From Podarcis pityusensis (Eukaryota), in the NCBI GenBank assembly GCA_964106645.2, contig OZ067038.1: DNA of 64,000 nucleotides. One strand, written 5' to 3'. The notes under the pieces were generated by a model that saw nothing but the letters and a program-made list of their open reading frames with translations, ran no database searches and was not told the origin of the DNA. Below, in pieces: positions 52,052 to 63,747 of this stretch (positions are counted from its first letter, which is position 1; each line of letters opens with the position of its first letter). Both the position numbers and the translations under genes were made by a program.

Positions 52052-54522
52052 TGTTATTTCTCAGCTAGGAATGTGGCTGGGATTCTTCCCCCCATCTTTT
52101 TTGGGAGCTGGCAAGCCGCTCTCTCTCTCTCGAGAGGCTTGTCAAGGCTGCTGTCAGTTTGGTTCCCGGACGCGAGAGATGAGCGAGGCTGCCCGCTTGC
52201 TTGGCCTGCCCTTTTGGGGATGGGGAGAGGGGACACTCGGGCCTTGCTCCCATTCCTCCAAGCGATCGGGAAGAACTTTGCGAAGGGACCCCTCACTAAG
52301 GGCAGAAGGAGGCGGAGGAAGTCAACTTTGCCAGGGTTTTTGCTCCAAGCTCCTGCGCTGCAGAGAACCATCCGAATCCCCAACCCGTGGCTCTTTTGCT
52401 TTTTCAAAAAAACCAAAACCAAACCCTCAAACCAGCCAAAACGCTAACCCTCACCATCTCTCAGGGAGACAGGAGAGAAAATTGATGGGGAGAGGACTGG
52501 GGTCACCCCGTGATCACATCAGTCGCAGCATCTTTTTCCTCTCCAAAGGGGGCCCATAACACCCTAAGCATCAGCCGCCACAGCAAGAGCAAAAACTTGG
52601 GGGAAGTTTGCAGCTCTCCTGGCAGTGGAGATGGTGGTGGATCTCCCAGGGGCAGAGAAGGGAGGGGAGGGGGACGCAGAGGGTGGGGTGGGGGTTGGAG
52701 AGGGAGAGGGAAGCAAAAAAAAAAAAAAAAAAGGCAGCTTGGGGGTTTGCCTCCTGCTCGCAGAGAGAAAGTGTTTCAATTCACAGCGAGTCAGGCGACT
52801 GGGAATCATCTGACTGAACTTTCCTGAAAAACCGACAGGCATTCCTGGACTGCTGCGGGTTCTTCTGAGCTCCTACAAGCGCCAAGCTCCTCTGGAGGGA
52901 GACCACGTTAAAAGGAAACGGTTCCCCCTTTCTGCCCTCATTTCAGCCACACAAATCTGGGCATCTCCGCATCACACTCCCACGCCACTTCCTTCTCTCC
53001 TCCAAGTCAATTTAGGAACTTGCTCGCTTGAGAACAACAACACCAAGCCTATCATGATTTGAAGCAGCATTTCATCTTAAAACTTAAATAGGTGCACACA
53101 CACTGCCCCGAATGCTTTCCGGACCTCTGCTTAAGGTCTTCATTCTGCCAATCATGATTTTCCCTTGCTTTAAAAATAATTGGGGGGGGGGACAAACCTT
53201 GCACAAATAAATAAAATTCCATCAGTCTAGTTTATGCTTTTTTTAAAAAAAAAAAAGCTTCTCCCCTCTTTTTTTTTTTTAATGAAGCCACAAATATTTT
53301 GATTCTCATGAGCTGCCCCCTGAATTTCTTCTCCCTGATTTCGATTAGCACCGTTTTGTGTAATGTTATCAGGAAAAACACAACCACAGCAAAGTGACAT
53401 CTTTTCCAGGAATCCAAAAGAAGGGAGTGGGGGTGGAAGAGAGAAATCCACTCCCGTTCAGATAAATCCCCAGCAAATCCCAAAGGGGCCAATACGTGTT
53501 TGTCGAGGAAAAAATAGGAGAGAGAGAGAGAGATGAAAAGGAAGGAGGGAGGAGGAGGATGAGAAGAAAACACACCCCGATGGATCTACCTGCTATTCAA
53601 AATTCGAATAGTTCTCACTTGAGACATGGCTTAACGAGAAAACACGCGCATCATCAAGCAGAGAAAGATGTCTGCTTTTTTGTGGGTTGGTTTTAAGTGC
53701 AACACCATCCTCGCAGGTTTGACACTTGGAGTCAAACAGTGGTTAGACTTTAGAAGAAGTTTGCAGAGTCTAAAAGACACAGGTTACTTTCACCTGGCAA
53801 GAGGCGCTCCCTGCCTCTCTCTCAAGACACCCAGAAGAATGTGGGGGGGGGGGGGAGGGAGAAGCAGAATGACTATTCCTCAGGGGTCTTTCTGCATTGC
53901 TCTAATGATGCCTGTGTTTCCTGCATGCATCTCATGCCTGATCTCCACGCCGCTAATGTCACCTCTCTCTCTCTCTCTGTCTCCTGGAACAAACTGTCAG
54001 GAGGAAACACTGAACATGCAGATAGATCATACATGCAGATATTCACCACACCACACTGGACACGCTTTCAGGAGATAAGCTAATAGTCTTATACACGCGC
54101 ACGGGGAAGAGAAAGAAGGTGACTTGAACCACATCACCCTTCCCAATAATCAAGAATGCCAAGCCTGAATCTCATTCCATGTGATATTTAACATATCCTG
54201 TGTGTGTGGCGCGCGAGGGGGGGGGGCGGGCGGCGGAGAGGACGGCATAGTTGACATAAAAGGTTTGCTCTTTTAACATTTTTGTAAAGGATAGAAAGGG
54301 GGGTGGGAGGAAACCCCTACAGCAGACAGTGGTTGTAAGCAAATCAGCTTAATAATAATAATAATAATATTCGTACAAAAGAGGTGAAAGGAGTGCTTTT
54401 AAACGTCTGCTAAATTACAAGCGACGGGTGAGAGAGGGTGGGCAAGAAAAGTGCCTCTTTCGCCAGGACCACCTTAAATAACGGCAGGCACCAGGCTAAA
54501 AGGGAAAGTGGCGGGGAACGCG

Positions 54523-54722
54523 NNNNNNNNNNNNNNNNNNNNNNNNNNNNNNNNNNNNNNNNNNNNNNNNNNNNNNNNNNNNNNNNNNNNNNNNNNNNNN
54601 NNNNNNNNNNNNNNNNNNNNNNNNNNNNNNNNNNNNNNNNNNNNNNNNNNNNNNNNNNNNNNNNNNNNNNNNNNNNNNNNNNNNNNNNNNNNNNNNNNNN
54701 NNNNNNNNNNNNNNNNNNNNNN
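54523..54722. other. N block (200 nt)
   Basis: Run of N with CpG-rich unique flanks. Confidence 0.99.
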
Positions 54723-55149
54723 AAGCAAGATTTTGACATCAGCGCCGAAAGCGAAGGGAAAACTGATCGATGCTCTGCTTCGCCCCCTCCCAGACAAACG
54801 AAGCGTCTCCCTTGCCTTGGCTTCGTCCAAGCCTCCAGTCCCATCCTTGGCAGGAAGTTGCCGTGGGGGGAAAAGGGAGGGAGAAAAAGAAAAGAAAAGG
54901 AGAGACTTACTTTCGAGTAAACTTGGAGAGGTTTGGAGACGCACGTGTGAGATTTGCAGCACGAGGCTGGGCATGTTGACACAGGATGCCCAGCACGGGT
55001 TTCAAGGGGGCTGACGCTCAAGTAAGCCTCATTTTATTTATTTGTTTGTTTATTTACATTGTCATTATTATTATAGCACACTCTTGGGAATTCAAAAAGA
55101 AAAAGAAAACCCCCACCTTCAGTACCACAAGCCACCAAATTAGCAGCCT

Positions 55150-55870
55150 CAGCAAATCAGACGTTGGGTGGATGGGGCGGACGCGACCCCGTCTGGCGCC
55201 GAGGAGCAAAAAAATGGTCCCCGCGTGTCTTTCCCCTTCCCCATCTCTGCAACTTTACCCCTGCGTAAAGAGGACCCTTGGGGCCAGCCAAACGTGTCTG
55301 CCGAAGAAGAGGATGCCAGGCGGGCACCGGGCTCTGCCTTGCCCTCCCCCGATTGCCCCCTTTGTTCCATTGCCTCCATCCCCCACGTGAGAGGGGCCGT
55401 GGGAAGCGGGCGGCGGGGGGAGCGCGCGCCTCGGCCCCCCTTGGCCCGGCCTGTCCACGGACTGCGCCACCAGCGGCTCCTCTCTGGCCGGGCTCTCCTT
55501 TTCCCCCACGTGACGCCGCGGCCCTATTTCCGGTTGGCCGGGGGGCTGCGGTGGGAGCCGAGCGAGCGGCCACCTGCCTCCCTCCCTCCCTCGCACGAGC
55601 CTCCCCCGCCCAAGGGCGGCCGGGGGCTCATTAGCATGAGAAAAGGGCGCGCGCTCTGCCTCGGCGTCTCCCGCGCGCTCTCCGTCTCCCCGCGCATATG
55701 GCGAGGGCCCGCCGAAGCAGGCAGGCGAGGTCGGAGCCAGGGGCTCCTCAGGGTGACGGACGGGCGTGTGTGTGTGTGTGGGGGGGACTCTTTCTTGAAA
55801 GGCGCTGGGAAAGGGCTTGGCCAACTCGGCAGCGGCCCTTCCCGAGGCTGCGCTTCCAGAGGATCCTGCA
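55150..55870. promoter_or_regulatory. CpG island / probable promoter
   Basis: Very GC- and CpG-rich. CACGTG E-boxes at 55384 and 55507 (CACGTGAC), ETS site TTCCGG near 55528, GC boxes, YY1-like ATATGGCG near 55696. Confidence 0.85.
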
Positions 55871-57689
55871 GGTTACCCAGTTAAGCGTAGGATTGTTGGC
55901 CTGCTCTCTTCTGGCCCGGGCTGCCAAGAAAGTGTCTGTGAAATTAGAGGTATATTGATGACAGGGGAACCTCACTCGCTCCCATTGTGTCTGGGTGGAT
56001 TCAGATGAGCAGCTTTTGACATTTGGGATTTTGGGGTTGCTTGGGTAGGTTTCTTTTCCTGCAACTGAAGGCATGCAGATTTGGGTTGCCTAATAGTACC
56101 CAGCAAGCAACGGGCCTTCCTGTTTTCTGCAAGCCGCAATAGAAAAAGTGTATGCCGTTTTTTCTGTTTTCTCTTTAAAGATGCAGTTTAAAAGGAGTTT
56201 CACTTTTTGGCTTGTTCATTTGAAAGGAGACAGCCCCCGGCATATAACACTTGGTGCACATGGCATCTCAAGAATACAGCATGTCCTGGAGGAAGAGGAG
56301 GATTGGTCTGCTTAAAATTCATAATCCTTACAAAGTGGCTGCCCCATTCATGAAGTGCTCCTTTTTAGGGGGAGTAAACACAAGCACAGTGAAGAGAAAG
56401 AAAAGACATTTATTCACAGAGTAGTAATGCTTCTAAACCACACAAATGCAGGGCCAGCGTTTCATAATTTAGTACTATTTTTGCATTGATTTGTATATGA
56501 AATAGGTGGAGTTTAATTGTGCATTTCCCAGGGTTGATTGTTTCACCCTCCAATCTGTGAGCTCAGAGGCTTGCATTTGCGAGCTGTGAATATGTGCTGT
56601 GTATTGGGCATACTTGTGTCACCTCCAAGGCAAAGAAGTGGTAGCTGAGGGCTGGTTTCTGTGTTGCACTCTTACCCCTCCCTTAATTTTGCTGCAAGTA
56701 CACTTCACGGGCAGGCAGCAGATGCATGTCTGGTGCAGACACACTTCACACCTGAGTATGTGCCTGTTCTTTAGCTATGAGGAGAAGGGGAACTCCAGGC
56801 TGCCTTCCTAGAACAGGGAGATTTCAGTAATTCAGTAGCTTTAGCCAAGTCAAATTTCTTTCTGGAAGGCATTGTAGGAAGAATTGCACAGTGTGTGTGT
56901 GGCCAGCTCTATAGTGGCCAGCTGGAACTTTGTAGGATTGGTTGTTTGTTTTTTTGTACAGACACCTGATATTTTCATAATAGGTAGATTTTTTTTGGAA
57001 AAGATGATCAGCTGGTGCTTGAGTTTTGCAGCCACATTTTAGCTGAAGTGTAAGCATCTTGTACTGACACTCACATTGCAGAACTATAAAATGCAAAAGG
57101 ATCAGATATTTTCACAAGAGGACATATACCACAACATGTTGTGACACTTTTTTCCAGCACCTAACAGGAATGTTCTTGTTTAGGGTTACTGCCAGCCACC
57201 TGGATATGTCTTTTTCTAATTCTTAGGGGCTCAAGGTAGCCAATTTACTCTCCCTCTGTGGTTTTCTATCTCTTTCTTTTCCTGGGTTCTGTTAAGACTG
57301 AGCATGTTCAGTTTGGGATTGTTTTGTTAGTTTTCTTTTTTATACTTCTGCAAACCTTGAGGTTTCCTTTGAGCATTCTGAGCGCACCGAGTTCCTTGTT
57401 AGAGGGAACAATTGTGCCTGATTAACATAACTTGCATATCATTTTAAAAAACATGGCAGATACATTTGGAGGATATTGTTTGCTCTATGCTATGCTATCC
57501 CCTCCCCTGAAAAAGTTCTTATGTACAGACTTGGAAACGGCAACATATGATGAAGTCCTGTATCATTCCCATGTCAAAACAGCACTATGAATCACTGCTT
57601 CGTCCATATGATATTCAGGTCACTCCTGTTTCAGTTCTAGGATTGGGCTATGTATCCTGATATATAATAAATGTTTAAAATTTTTACTT

Positions 57690-58110
57690 TTATATTTATT
57701 ACAACTTACACCCTGCTTTTCACCATCAGCATCCCAAAGTGACTTACAGAATAAAACTGCAACATACAAAGTTTAAAGCATAAATTGAAACATCAGAGAT
57801 TTAAAACTTCAGAGCGGCATTCACGGTGCGGAGGCCTCCAAAAATAAAAAGAGTTCTAATCAGGTTTCTGAAACTTGGCAGGGGTTGTGCTTCCCTGGTT
57901 TCTAGTGGGAGGGAGTTCCACAGAGCTAGGTTCCCTACACTGAAGGCCAACTCCTTGTCGACACAAGTTGTGCTTCTGATTCCCTGTGGGAATACTAATA
58001 TTGCTGCCCCTAGATGATCGCAGTGATCATTTGGGGAGACATGGGTTAAGGCATTCTGGACCTAAGTTGTTCTGGAGTTTGTACACTAGTATCTTGAACC
58101 TGGCCTGGTC
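57690..58110 (-). mobile_element. L2-clade LINE 3' fragment
   Basis: Minus strand reads AFSVGNLALWNSLPLETREAQPLPSFRNLIRTLF (L2 ORF2 C-terminus), followed by an AT-rich tail. Confidence 0.8.
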
Positions 58111-58322
58111 CTCTGTGTTATTTGCCACTCAGTGGCAAAGCATTTGCTTCTTCTGCAGGATGCCCCAGGTCCAATCCCTGTTCCTTCTGTTAAAACAAGG
58201 ACATCCAACTCTCAAGAGACTGTAATCTACTTCCAGAAGGGACCCTCTGCAAGACACAGGAGAGTATTCTGGGCTTGTAGGTGAAATTGTGCTGGTAAAA
58301 GGCAAAGCAGCTTCCTGTCGGG

Positions 58323-58507
58323 AAGGGCTGGAGCTCAGTGGTAGAGTATCTGCTTTGCATGCAGAAGGTGCCAGGTTCAATCCCCAGCACCAACCAGGTT
58401 CAACCCCTGCCTGAAACCCTGGAGAGTCGCTGTTGGTCAGTGCAGATGATACATGCTTAGATGGACCAGTGTTTGATTCTGTATAAGGCAGCTTCCTGCA
58501 TTCCTAT
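58323..58507 (+). mobile_element. tRNA-derived SINE (Squam2-like), near full length
   Basis: A box AGCTCAGTGG, B box GGTTCAATCCC, body CTGAAACCCTGGAGAG and tail TAGATGGACCA...TATAAGGCAGCTTCCT. A more degraded head lies at about 58125-58180. Confidence 0.88.
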
Positions 58508-59704
58508 CTGTGCATATTTGCAAGTGTATCAGAAGTGTGTTTGTCCTTTTGAAAGTAAGTGGATAACACAATCCTGGGTGGATTCCTTTAGTGTTCATTC
58601 TTGGGATATAAGGGGCAGTTGCCGCTCTTGCGTCTCCCATGACACCTATATTCAACTCCGGGTACTCTCTCTGGTGAAGTTGGTGGTTATTAGCATTCCT
58701 TCCTTCCCTTTGTTTACAGTTTCTTATTTACTTTGTTGAATTTTTTAAAAGTTGCAAGAATTCTGTCAAATACATATATTCAACAGTATTTAGGCCTCAA
58801 AAATAAAGATGCATTAGAAAGATGCCTATTATGCTTCAGAATTATTAATTGACATTTTTTATGATGAATAATTAATCATTGGAATAATTTTTGTATCTCT
58901 GATCTGAACACATATTTGCATATCTAATGTCTGATTTTAAATGTGGTTTCTTTAGTTGCATTCTCCCAGGACAAAGAGATGAAGTAAGAAACATCCTAAT
59001 GTGAAACTATCCCCCCCCCACCTCCTTGGGTTGCACTTGTAAAAGTGGGTTTATTGAGAGAGAAATTTCTCTCAAGATATGAAGTTGTCAACAAACTTTG
59101 TATGCCTTATGGGTGCATTGTAGAAAACATATTCAGATATGACTGGCATGAATTAATCCATTTAGGTCCTACTTCCTTAAATTCTGTGATAAGTTTAAGA
59201 TCCACATTTAATTTATTTGACAGGTTGCCTGGTCCAATGGATGCTTTCTTGGAAATAAATCTTGCTAAAATCAGTAGGATTTATAGTCATAGATAGATCG
59301 ATAATCTGGCTATCTATGACATACATATCTCTGTCCTTTTTAAAGCTGTGTTTATATGACTCTTAGCCATACTCCATTTATTGCTGTATGTTTAAGCATA
59401 GGTACAACCCCTATGCTGATCCAGTTGATCTTCCCAGCAGGCCTCACTGAGAGAAAGCTGGGGGAAACTTATATCTCTCTGTATATATCCCATTTGTTAG
59501 ATACCTGCTACTGTAAAAGTCTTGATGTGACTTACAGCTCAGTGCAAAACACATTCTATGCAAGCAATTCTGAATTAAAAACAAAAGCAGCACCTTCAAT
59601 AAAATAACCAGTGGATTAAAAAAAAAATCAAGCCAACCCTAGAAAATACACATCATCATCATAATCAACAAGCCAAAAATGCCCACAGAGACAGCCATGA
59701 TGTT

Positions 59705-59990
59705 AACCAAATGCCTGGGAAAATATTAAATCCTTTGCCTGGCGCTGGAAATAGGTTGGTGCCAGGTGAATATTCTTTCAGAGAGTGTTCTACACAGCGG
59801 AGACTATAGGCAAAGGCCACCTCTCTTTTCATAATCCTCTGCATCTCCATCCAAGGAGGGTCTCAGATGATGACCTCAGGGTCTGTATAGGCTCATGTCA
59901 GAAGAGGCCTTCCGTTAGGTAATAGGCCCCCAAACTGTGTAAGGTTTTATAGGTTAAAACCAGCACTTTGAATTGGACTCAGAAATGTAT
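59705..59990 (-). mobile_element. Degraded L2-clade LINE fragment
   Basis: Shares TTTGCCTGGCGC and GTTAAAACCAGCACTTTGAATTGG motifs with the L2 at 62184-62746. Confidence 0.7.
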
Positions 59991-60603
59991 GGGTCAATAT
60001 ATTTTTACCAGTAATAGTTCAGCAACAATATACACTTTGATACGGAAAAACCCATGCACTAGCTATGAAATTGATGTGTGTTCTAGGTTAGGATAAATTC
60101 TCAGTCTGTGCTAGGCAGCAGCCAGAAATCTTGATTCTAAGTGGTCATGTAATAAGACCAGAATCTGGAAGAGGGCAAACTTGTGTTTTGTTTCTGCCTT
60201 TGATTTGATTCCACCATAGACCTTTATCAGGATTTACACCTCATCCACCTTTTGTTTTGTTTTAAAGCCCCTGACAGATTTACCCCATTAATATAAAATT
60301 CTCCTGACTGCTGTTCTAATAAGAGAACTGTGATTGTGCCTGTAAGATCCTTCAGGGATGGAGGGAATTGCAGAGTGTATGGTTTTATGGCAACAGCTTT
60401 AGTATCAAACAAGAACTTACATTGAGTACTACCTGAGTCTTTCATGGCTTCTTGACTTGCTCTTGCTTGTGAAGAATAAATAAAAACCTAGGTCAGAACT
60501 GCTCCAGATTGAAATATGCTAGAACTGAGGTGGGAAAATATAATGCAGGACTCTTGGGTTGAGCTTTTCCATTCCACTACTTGTGCTGGGATTGTGTAAA
60601 ATA

Positions 60604-60853
60604 CAGTTGTACCTTGGAAGTCAAATGCAATCCATTCAGGAAGTCTGTTCGACTTCCAAAACATTCGAAAACCAAAGTGCAGCTTCTGATTGGCTGCAGG
60701 AAGCTCCTGCAGCCAACTGGAAGCTGCAAAAGCCCTGTTGGATGTTCGGCTTCCGAAAGTTCGCAAACCGGAACAGTCACTTCTGGGTTTGCAACGTTCA
60801 GGAGCCAAAACGTTCGGGAACGAAGCTGTTCGCAAACCAAGGTATGACTACTG
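60604..60853. mobile_element. Tc1/mariner-type MITE
   Basis: TA-CAGTTGTACCTTGG...CCAAGGTATGACTACTG-TA; internal hairpin GCAGCTTC..TTGGCTGCAGG/CCTGCAGCCAA..GAAGCTGC; repeated GTTCG motifs. Confidence 0.85.
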
Positions 60854-61238
60854 TATGTTGATGCTACAAATAATCATGGCCATGCATTTTGTTTATTTAT
60901 TTAATCTGTGAAATTTATATACTGCTCTTCATCACAAAATGTTCCCGTGGTGAACCTGTTGTTTATGCTGAGTAGAGGAAGCATCCTTCACGATTTCTAA
61001 AATTGGTACCCACCTGTCATCTCTTCTGAAGAGCACATAAGAAAGATTGCTCATGTGATAAATGTTTTCAGGATCTATTTTGCTAAAAAAGTACCGGCTG
61101 GAGGGTTGGGGAGGGGGGCAGCGTCTTGAAATTACACTTCCAACATGCAGATACCTTAAATAATGTGTTGGAATTTACATTTTACCTCCGCTTTATTGCA
61201 AAGTTGCCCATAGATCTCACCAATCTCATGCAGCCCAT

Positions 61239-61495
61239 GAAGAAGAAGAAGAAGAAGAGTTTGGATTTGGTATCCCGCCTTTCACTCCCTTTAAGGAGTC
61301 TCAAAGCGGCCAACATTCTCCTTTCCCTTCCTCCCCCACAACAAACACTCTGTGAGCTGAGTGGGGCTGAGAGACTTCAAAGAAGTGTGACTGGCCCAAG
61401 GTCACCCAGCAGCTGCATGTGGAGGAGCGGAGACGCGAACCCAGTTCCCCAGATTAGGAGACTACCGCTCTTAACCACTACACCACACTGGCTCT
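61239..61495 (-). mobile_element. Squam3-type SINE (tRNA head, (CTT)n tail)
   Basis: Minus strand AGAGCCAGTGTGGTGTAGTGGTTAAGAGCGG...GGGTTCGCGTCTCCGCTCCTCCACATGCAGC...GCCGCTTTGAGACTCC...(CTT)n. Confidence 0.9.
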
Positions 61496-62183
61496 AGCAG
61501 TGAAACTAGCAGAGTCTCACGGTGCAACCCTCTGCATGCTTGCTCAGAGTTAAGTAGCTGTTTGCTCAGTTTGGGTGTGCTCCAAGTTAAACGACAAGGA
61601 CAACTCCCAAGAGGTACAGCTCCCCAAAATAGTTCGAGCTATCCCATTCACTACTTCAGCTTTCAGCTGCAGTATTATTGCGGTCCCGTTTTACGTAGAT
61701 GAAATCCTTGCTGCCCTAATAACAGTCTTTGCCAGCCCTTTGCTCCCCCAAAGTAGAAGTGTGCTAAAGATTGCATTCTCAATCTGTTAGACAGACTCTG
61801 GGTTTCACTGCCAACATTTTCTAGGCCTGCCTAATTTGTGACCCATCAAGTTGATTGCAGCCAAGTAACCTTTTATAGTCGCCTGCCAGATTCTTGACGA
61901 CTCCCCCATTTTGCAGTTCCAGGCAGGCAGAAGAACCAGGAATTTATTGAGCCACTTAGTGCATGCTGGTTGGCGAGTTGTGTTTAACTTGGCGGGTCAC
62001 AGGTCTGCAGGGCCTGCTGTGTACCCAGGCAGAACTGGGAGTCCTGAAAACTGCAGCAGACATATTGAATCGCCCCCAGTGGTCTTTCCAGCCCAAACCT
62101 GTAAAAAAATGAGCCTGATGCTGCTTTAAAATATTGAGCAGCAAAGCAAGTTTAATTGAGAGAGGTGGGTGCAATCTCTTGAA

Positions 62184-62746
62184 TTTTTATTTTATTTATT
62201 AAATTTGTATACCTCCCTTCATCCGAAAATCTCAGGGTGGTTCACAGCATGAAAATACAAAATGAAAACACGAAATACATAATGAGAACAAGAACAAACC
62301 AATCCGATAAGCCCCCACATGCCGCAAACACATTAAAAAAACATAGAATGTTAATCAGCCAAAGGCCTGGTTGAAGAGAAATGTTTTTGCCTGGTGCCTA
62401 AAAGTATATAATGAACCTCCCTGGGGAGAGCATTGCACAAATGGGGAGCCACTACAGAAAAGACCCATTTTCATGTTGTCACCCTCTGGACCTCTCATGG
62501 AGGAGGAACATGAAGAAGGGTTTCGGAAGATGATCTTAGGTAGATTCATATGGAGAAAGTTGATCCTGAGCTGTTTAAGGACTTACAGGTGAAGACTAGC
62601 ACTCTGAATTGGGCCAGGAAACTAATTTGCAGCTAGTACAGTCAGGCCAGGATTGGTGTAATATACACAAACTGTCTTGCCCTGGTGAAAAACTTGGGCA
62701 CCGAATTCTGCACCAGCTGAAGTTTCCAAAACGTCTTCAGGGGCAG
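62184..62746 (-). mobile_element. L2-clade LINE 3' fragment
   Basis: ORF 62355..62549(-) ends SLYTFRHQAKTFLFNQAFG; 3' stem-loop and (AATA)n tail on the minus strand. Confidence 0.85.
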
Positions 62747-63003
62747 AGGCAAAGTTCCTTAATTTAAATACTTTTAATTAAAAGGAAAGCTCATCAAAAC
62801 CTAATTCCCTGTCTTGGCTTTGGCACATTATATTGTGAGCTACAGTGCCACTATTCTAACTTACATTGGTATAATGCAAACATTTGTTAATCTTTCCTGG
62901 TCTGAGTCCCTCCCCACCCCTTGTCCAGTCATCCATTTGTAACTAGTATAAATCAGCCCAGGCAAGTCTGTCACTGAAAAAGATTGTTTTCTGGTTTTGA
63001 AGT

Positions 63004-63319
63004 CAGGGCAGAGGACCACAGGCCTGGGAGCCATACGTGGCCCTCCAGACCTTGAGATACTCTGTAAGCCACATCCACCCCCGGCCTTGCTCCATGTCCT
63101 CCTTGTGTGGTTTTTGCCTGGCTGGAATTTGTCCTTGAACTGTGATAATACCCCTTAATTGTGTGGATGTAGAGGTGTGGAATGGCTAGAAATGCAGCCC
63201 ACTGTACAAAGGTGAAAGCCACATCTTTTTGTTTCTAGACACAACCATCACTTGATATGCAGCCCCCAGAAGGTGGCTCATGAAACATCCCTTGTGGTGG
63301 AAAATGTTCCCTACCCCTG
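63004..63319. mobile_element. Non-autonomous hAT-like element
   Basis: CAGGG...GTGGCCCTCCAG start and GTTCCCTACCCCTG end; a related copy starts at about 63748 and runs off the window. Confidence 0.6.
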
Positions 63320-63532
63320 CTTGGAAATGTAAATCAAAAGGCAATTCCTCATAGTGACTTTTCCTCACTCAGCCAGTATATGTGAAAACAAACTCCTTTC
63401 CAGATCCACAGATTGTGGCCAGAACTGTTCCAAGGGTATCAGAAGCTGGAGTGATGTGTCATTTCCAAATGTCCAAATGTACAATATCATCAGGAAAGCT
63501 GCTTGTCTTGGAGATGGTTGGTTGCTCTAAAT

Positions 63533-63658
63533 CAGGGTTTTCCAAACTTGGGTCTCCTGCTGTATTTTGGACTACAATTCCCATCATCCCCAACTACTAC
63601 TACTGCTAGCTAGGGATGGTGATAGGTGTTGTGGAAGACCCAAGTTTGGGAAACCCTG
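63533..63658. mobile_element. hAT MITE with perfect 8-bp target-site duplication
   Basis: TIRs CAGGGTTTTCCAAACTTGGGTCT / AGACCCAAGTTTGGGAAACCCTG; TSD CTCTAAAT at 63525-63532 and 63659-63666. Confidence 0.93.
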
Positions 63659-63747
63659 CTCTAAATGACTGACAGCATCAACCTATACATGTTTACTCAG
63701 AATTAAGTTCCTATTGTAAAGTTGGTCCTGTTTAGTTTGTATAAAAA

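Noticed and set aside
649-55021. ORFs containing long X runs
   Set aside because: Their length comes from translating through N blocks.
55449-55468. RE1/NRSE-like CCACGGACTGCGCC
   Set aside because: Left half-site TTCAGCACC is missing and the core GGACAG is mismatched.
39500-55900. Assignment to a named locus (miR-9, miR-124 or miR-137 host genes, ZEB2, SATB, BDNF and others)
   Set aside because: No mature miRNA or diagnostic exon sequence is visible, so no gene symbol can be supported.
55149-55958. Long overlapping ORFs (up to 238 aa) in the CpG island
   Set aside because: Open in several frames on both strands, rich in P/G/R/A, with no recognisable domain; expected from high GC content.
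57816-57829. Partial reverse complement of miR-124
   Set aside because: Short, lacks the seed region, and lies within an L2 remnant.
58323-58398. tRNA-Ala/Cys-like gene
   Set aside because: Acceptor stem is broken, there is no poly-T terminator, and it continues into a SINE body and tail.
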